Shown one piece after another: positions 59,454 through 64,000 of a stretch of DNA of 64,000 nucleotides (its first letter is position 1; the number at the start of each line of letters is the position of its first letter). The notes under the pieces are model-generated. The model searched no databases and had not been told where the DNA came from. It worked only from the letters and a program-made list of their open reading frames with translations. This DNA comes from Thermodesulfobacteriota bacterium (GTDB taxonomy: Bacteria > Desulfobacterota > Desulfobacteria > Desulfobacterales > SURF-7): NCBI GenBank assembly GCA_049320885.1, contig JBMORA010000024.1, forward strand, positions 71,317 to 135,316, in the 5' to 3' direction. The translations under genes were made by a program, and so were the position numbers.

Positions 59454-61625
59454 ATGCAGACCCCACCTTTTTTCACGGAATTGTTCCACCTGACCCTGAA
59501 CGCCTGGGAATATGCGCAGGATGCCTTTCAACGTTCGGTGCTATACTGGGATTTGATGCGCCGGCGCGGAAACACCTACCTGGAACATCTGGTGAAAGGC
59601 CAGCCGCCGGTCCTGGTGTTTCAATACGAAATCATCATGGACGGCCGGGATTTCCCGCGGCCGGTGAATTACGCCCTGGCCCAGATTACCGACCGCCGCA
59701 AAACAGCAGCCGAACAGCTCGAGGAAGAAGAACGCCGCCGGCATCCGGGAGTGCGGAAGGAGAGAGCCGAATCCCACCCCAAACGCCCCATCGTCATCAT
59801 CGATCCCCGGGCCGGTCACGGTCCCGGGATCGGCGGCTCCAAGCGGGACTCCGAGATCGGCATGGCCCTGGATGCCGGTCATCCGGTTTATTTCATTCTG
59901 TTCCACACTTACCCGGAACCGGGTCAGACACTGGCGGATGTGGTCCAGGCGGAGATCGCCTTTCTGGAGGAAATCTCCCGGCGCCACCCCGGCGCGGAAA
60001 AGCCGGCGGTCATCGGGAATTGCCAGGGCGGATGGGCCGCGGCCCTGATCGCCGCGGCCCGGCCGGATGTCACCGGCCCCCTGGTTTTCAACGGATCGCC
60101 GCTTTCCTATTGGGCCGGGGTGGAGGGCAAAAACCCCATGCGCTACCGCGGCGGACTCACCGGCGGCACGTGGATGGCCAGCCTGTGGAGCGATCTCGGG
60201 GGCGGCATTTTCGACGGCGCCAACCTGGTGGCCGGTTTCGAGGATCTGAATCCGGCCAATACCCTCTGGAGCAAGCAATACCATGTATACGAAAACATCG
60301 ACACGGAAGAAAAACGGTTCCTGAATTTCGAAAAATGGTGGGGCGGATTTTTTTACATGACCGCCGAGGAAATCCACTTCATCGTCGAAAGCCTCTTTGT
60401 GGGCAACCGCCTGGAACAGGGGATGCTGGAGCTGGACAAACACCGCCGGATCAACCTGAAAAACATCCATGATCCCGTCCTCGTGTTCGCCTCCTCCGGC
60501 GACAACATCACACCGCCGCAACAGGCGCTGAACTGGATCGTCAAAACCTGGAAATCCGTGGATGAAATCAAGAATCACCAGCAGGTGATCGTCTACCTGC
60601 TGCACGAAACCATCGGCCATCTGGGCATTTTTGTTTCCGGCCAGGTTTCCAAGAAGGAGCACAAGGAAATCATCGGCAGCATCGATCTGATGGAATACCT
60701 GTCACCGGGGCTTTATGAAATGGTCATTCAGGAGGCGTCGCAAGGAGGCGCCCGCCATGTCACCTTCGAGGCCCGGGAATTTGCGGACATCCTCCAACTG
60801 GATGATCGCGACGACGACGAGGATTTCCGGGTGGTCTCCGCGGTTTCCGAATTTCTGGACACCTGCTACGGCTGTCTGGTCCGCCCCTTCCTGAAACCCA
60901 TGATCACCGGGGTCACGGCGGAATTCATCCGCCAGCTCCATCCCCTGCGCGCTTCCCGCTACCTCTTTTCGGATCTGAACCCCTTACTCCTGCCGGTGGG
61001 CTTCCTGGCACCGTATGTCCGGGAATCCCGCCGGCCGGTATCGCCCGACAATCCGTTTTTGAAACCCCAGCAATTCTTGGACCACCTCATGACCGGCGGC
61101 CTGGACCTCTTCCGGGAGTTGCGGGACCAATACCAGGAAACGCTTTTTTACGGCATTTACCGCCATCCCTGGCTGGAGTCCGTTTTTGCCGGGAAACCGG
61201 TTGTGAAGGCAGCGGAGGAATCGGTGAAACCGCCGGAAGCTTCCTTCTGGCTCCGGGAAATGGACAAAGGCGGCTTTCTGGAGGGAGTCCTGCGCATCAT
61301 GGTGGCCATGGCCGACGCCGACCAGGTGTATGAAAAAGAGGAACTGGACACCATCCGCAACATCATCATCGGCCACAATATCCTGACCAGCACCAGTGAA
61401 GCGGACCTGAAAAGCAAGATCCGCCTGCAGATGCGCCTGCTCCAGATCGATTGGGACCGCGCCATCGACAGCCTCCCCCAACTGATCCGGTCCCCGGAAA
61501 GCCGCCTCACCGCCATTGCCGTGGCCAACGCCATGGTGGAGAGCGACGGGAAAACCAATCGGAAGGAAAAAAACCTTCTCAAACGCATCACCGCCCTGTT
61601 GAAAGACCGGGACACCCTCTATTGA
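59454..61625 (+). CDS. DUF3141 alpha/beta-hydrolase (PHA-synthase-like) with TerB-like C-terminus
   Basis: DPRAGHGPGIGG, GNCQGGW, GDNITPPQQ and GHLGIFVS motifs; tail AMADAD..EKEE..ESDG..KEK.LL.RI. Confidence 0.88.
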   Translation: MQTPPFFTELFHLTLNAWEYAQDAFQRSVLYWDLMRRRGNTYLEHLVKGQPPVLVFQYEIIMDGRDFPRPVNYALAQITDRRKTAAEQLEEEERRRHPGVRKERAESHPKRPIVIIDPRAGHGPGIGGSKRDSEIGMALDAGHPVYFILFHTYPEPGQTLADVVQAEIAFLEEISRRHPGAEKPAVIGNCQGGWAAALIAAARPDVTGPLVFNGSPLSYWAGVEGKNPMRYRGGLTGGTWMASLWSDLGGGIFDGANLVAGFEDLNPANTLWSKQYHVYENIDTEEKRFLNFEKWWGGFFYMTAEEIHFIVESLFVGNRLEQGMLELDKHRRINLKNIHDPVLVFASSGDNITPPQQALNWIVKTWKSVDEIKNHQQVIVYLLHETIGHLGIFVSGQVSKKEHKEIIGSIDLMEYLSPGLYEMVIQEASQGGARHVTFEAREFADILQLDDRDDDEDFRVVSAVSEFLDTCYGCLVRPFLKPMITGVTAEFIRQLHPLRASRYLFSDLNPLLLPVGFLAPYVRESRRPVSPDNPFLKPQQFLDHLMTGGLDLFRELRDQYQETLFYGIYRHPWLESVFAGKPVVKAAEESVKPPEASFWLREMDKGGFLEGVLRIMVAMADADQVYEKEELDTIRNIIIGHNILTSTSEADLKSKIRLQMRLLQIDWDRAIDSLPQLIRSPESRLTAIAVANAMVESDGKTNRKEKNLLKRITALLKDRDTLY

Positions 61626-61639
61626 AACACCCGCTTGCG

Positions 61640-61683
61640 GAAAAATCCGGCCCCTGGCGATAAAAGGGTCGGCCGGATTTTTC
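61640..61683. terminator. Inverted repeat, probable terminator
   Basis: GAAAAATCCGGCC...GGCCGGATTTTTC directly after the 61625 stop. Confidence 0.65.
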
Positions 61684-61720
61684 TTGACATTATAATAACA
61701 CCGTTAATATAACACCGTCA
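61684..61720 (+). promoter_or_regulatory. sigma70 promoter overlapped by tandem candidate TetR operators
   Basis: TTGACA-18 bp-TATAAC; TAACACCGTTA at 61696-61706 and TAACACCGTCA at 61710-61720. Confidence 0.65.
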
Positions 61721-61751
61721 TTTCGAATCCGACCAACAGGGGGACCAACCG

Positions 61752-62435
61752 ATGCCGCGCGTGCCGCGTTCGCAACAGGAGATCGACGACTTCCGGCGGG
61801 AAATCCTGGACACAGCCCTGGAATTGATCATCCAGGACGGCTTCCAGAATCTCAGCATGCGGAAGATCGCCTCCCGCCTGGAAATGTCCGCCACCACCAT
61901 TTACCATTATTTCTCCAGCAAGGACGAAATCAACCTGATGATCCGCATGCACGGTTTCGAAATGCTGCATCAGCTTCTCGAACAATGCTTTTTCGAACAG
62001 CATGACCCCCTGGAGCGGCTCCAGGGCATGATCCGCGCCTATTTTCAGTTCGGGATTCACTATCCCGGCTACTACGATATCATGTTCAACATGCACACCC
62101 CCAAATACCTGGATTATGTCGGCACAAAGCTGGAGCCCGCGGCCCGTACGGAAAAGGAAGCGTCCTTGCGCAACTACGCCATTACGGAAAAGGCCGTGGC
62201 CGCGCTGTCCGGGGAAGGCGAATGCCCGGACGCCGAACAGCTCATGCGCCGAACCATCCAGTTGTGGTGCGACGCCCACGGGGTGATCAGTCTGTACAAC
62301 AGCCAGTTGCTCCGGGAAATCAGCGACCGGCCATCCGGCCTGCTGGACGAATTGATCGAAGGAGTCACGGCGAGGATCGCCGGCTTCCGCAAGGATGCAA
62401 CCCCACCTGAAACAGCGAGGAGGCGGAATGGGTAG
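61752..62435 (+). CDS. TetR family regulator (WHG-like C-terminus)
   Basis: LSMRKIA..L.MSATTIYHYFSSKDE and W..AHG motifs. Confidence 0.93.
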   Translation: MPRVPRSQQEIDDFRREILDTALELIIQDGFQNLSMRKIASRLEMSATTIYHYFSSKDEINLMIRMHGFEMLHQLLEQCFFEQHDPLERLQGMIRAYFQFGIHYPGYYDIMFNMHTPKYLDYVGTKLEPAARTEKEASLRNYAITEKAVAALSGEGECPDAEQLMRRTIQLWCDAHGVISLYNSQLLREISDRPSGLLDELIEGVTARIAGFRKDATPPETARRRNG

Positions 62436-63243
62436 CCCCTATTTCATGAAAACCATCATCAACAAGACCTTTTCCCAGCGGTTCTTCTGGTCCCGGATGT
62501 CCCGGTATCCGGTCATCGGCCGCCTGATGGAATATCTCCTGTTCGAAAACGACGAGATCATTTACCTTCCCAAGGACCAGTCCATCCCGGTGAACCGGTC
62601 CCTCGCCCCCCGGGAGGACCTGGTGCTGCCCTCGATGATTCTGGAGCACTTCATCCGCCGGGCGAATTACCACTGGATCATGAACTTCTGCATCTGCCGG
62701 GATTCCAGCAGCTGCAAGGACTACCCCATCGATCTCGGCTGCATTTTCCTGGGCGAGGCCGCCATGGGCATCAATCCCCGGTTCGGGCGGAAAGTCACGG
62801 CGGAAGAGGCGCTGGCCCACGCGGCCCGCTGCCGGGAGGCCGGGCTGGTGCACCTCATCGGCCGCAACAAGCTGGATACGGTCTGGCTGAACGTGGGGCC
62901 CGGAAACAAGCTGTTGACCGTGTGCAACTGCTGCCCCTGCTGCTGCCTCTGGAAAGTGCTGCCGACCATCAACCCGGCCATCAGCGCCAAGGTCAACCGC
63001 ATGCCGGGAGTGACCGTGACCGTGACCGAACGCTGCGTGGGCTGCGGCACCTGCACCAGGGATGTCTGCTTCGTGGGCGCCATCCGCCTGGAAGGGAAAC
63101 AAGCCGTGATCGACGAAAGCTGCCGGGGGTGCGGCCGCTGCGTGACCGTCTGTCCCAAGGAAGCCATCGAGATCACCGTGGACGATCGTGACGGATACGC
63201 CGCCGTCATCGACAAAATCGATCAGCTGGTTACGATCGCCTGA
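62428..63243 (+). CDS. 4Fe-4S binding protein
   Basis: CICR, CNCCPCCC, CVGCGTC...C and CRGCGRC...CP motifs. Confidence 0.9.
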   Translation: MGSPYFMKTIINKTFSQRFFWSRMSRYPVIGRLMEYLLFENDEIIYLPKDQSIPVNRSLAPREDLVLPSMILEHFIRRANYHWIMNFCICRDSSSCKDYPIDLGCIFLGEAAMGINPRFGRKVTAEEALAHAARCREAGLVHLIGRNKLDTVWLNVGPGNKLLTVCNCCPCCCLWKVLPTINPAISAKVNRMPGVTVTVTERCVGCGTCTRDVCFVGAIRLEGKQAVIDESCRGCGRCVTVCPKEAIEITVDDRDGYAAVIDKIDQLVTIA

Positions 63244-63253
63244 AAGGACCCGC

Positions 63254-63757
63254 ATGCTGCCGCGACCCCGACGCAAGGAACGCTATCCGGCCTTTCCCCT
63301 CAAGGCCAACCTGGTAACCGTACTGCTGCTGTCAGCGGTCTTTGGAATGGGCTTTCATCTCAGCCTGCATTTCGGGCTTGTCGGCCCGGTGGTCTACCTG
63401 GCCTTGTGGGCCCTTTCCTATCCCCTGATCTATGCCGGCGCCTGCCGCTATTGCGCTTATTACGGCAACCGCTGCCCGATTCCCCTGGAGGGCAGCTGCG
63501 TGCACCGGTTCGTGAAACCGAAGCGCGGCGGATTCGGCTATCCGGCCCTGGCCTGGGCCACCTTCGCCTACGGGCTGCGGCTCGCCGTGCCGGCCGTTGC
63601 CATCGTCGCCGGGAAGCAGTGGCAGGAAGGGCTCCTGTTCGGCGCCACCCTCTCCCTGTTCTGGCTGATCCACCTGCGCGTGAGCGGCTGCCCCAACTGC
63701 ATCAACACGGATTGCCCCCTGAACCCGGACTACCGGGCCGGGAACGGCGGAAAATAA
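63254..63757 (+). CDS. Membrane protein with Cys clusters
   Basis: Four TMs; CRYCAYYG.RC and CPNC.N.DCP motifs. Confidence 0.75.
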   Translation: MLPRPRRKERYPAFPLKANLVTVLLLSAVFGMGFHLSLHFGLVGPVVYLALWALSYPLIYAGACRYCAYYGNRCPIPLEGSCVHRFVKPKRGGFGYPALAWATFAYGLRLAVPAVAIVAGKQWQEGLLFGATLSLFWLIHLRVSGCPNCINTDCPLNPDYRAGNGGK

Positions 63758-63769
63758 AGGAATGCGCCA

Positions 63770-64000
63770 ATGACGACCCTGAAACCACAAAAGCCATTCG
63801 ACGCCGGTGAACGGGATGCCCTCGGGTTCCACCTGGCCTTCTGCGTCCTGTGCGCGGCCGTGCTGGCGGCGCCCCTGGGCTTGGCCCCGGGTCCGCGGCT
63901 GTTGATTCTGGTGGTGATCTACAATGCCGGGCTGCCCCTGTTCGCCCTGCTGCGCCGCCGGCCGGAATGGCTGGGCCCCTGGCTGTTCGCCGCCATCCTG
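63770..64000 (+). CDS. Membrane protein (3' end beyond window)
   Basis: MTTLKPQKPFDAGERDALGFHLAF... is hydrophobic and open to the window end; absent from the ORF track. Confidence 0.7.
   Translation, partial: MTTLKPQKPFDAGERDALGFHLAFCVLCAAVLAAPLGLAPGPRLLILVVIYNAGLPLFALLRRRPEWLGPWLFAAIL

Noticed and set aside
1..64000. CRISPR arrays, tRNA/rRNA, transposases, integrases, selenoprotein read-through
   Set aside because: None recognised by eye; dedicated scans were not run.

Overview
About 64 kb of GC-rich bacterial chromosome whose gene style suggests a deltaproteobacterium (Desulfobacterales-like; inference). In order: (1) a minus-strand secreted-protein cluster with a signal-peptide RHS/YD protein that runs off the window start and is missing from the ORF track, a ~3700-aa mosaic surface protein and a small exported protein, divergent from a Ser/Thr kinase; (2) a 1017-aa split PHP-like membrane protein and a 5'-nucleotidase-like protein; (3) an envelope cluster (two GT4s, LpxL-like, PAP2, EAL-HDOD) with a divergent LTA-synthase-family sulfatase; (4) three hybrid sensor kinases, two preceded by orphan solute-binding proteins; (5) an EamA gene behind a candidate attenuator; (6) an internally deleted LysR coupled to a Cys-His-Asp lipoprotein; (7) a TatT-DctQ-DctM TRAP cluster with no DctP; (8) an enolase-superfamily enzyme; (9) a TetR / DUF2889 / DUF2889-PHP / DUF169-CoaE operon, the best candidate for an undescribed pathway; (10) a DUF3141-TerB fusion and a TetR-ferredoxin operon. 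No rRNA, tRNA, CRISPR or transposase was recognised, but a small REP-like element occurs three times. Domain names come from motif recognition by eye, not database searches.
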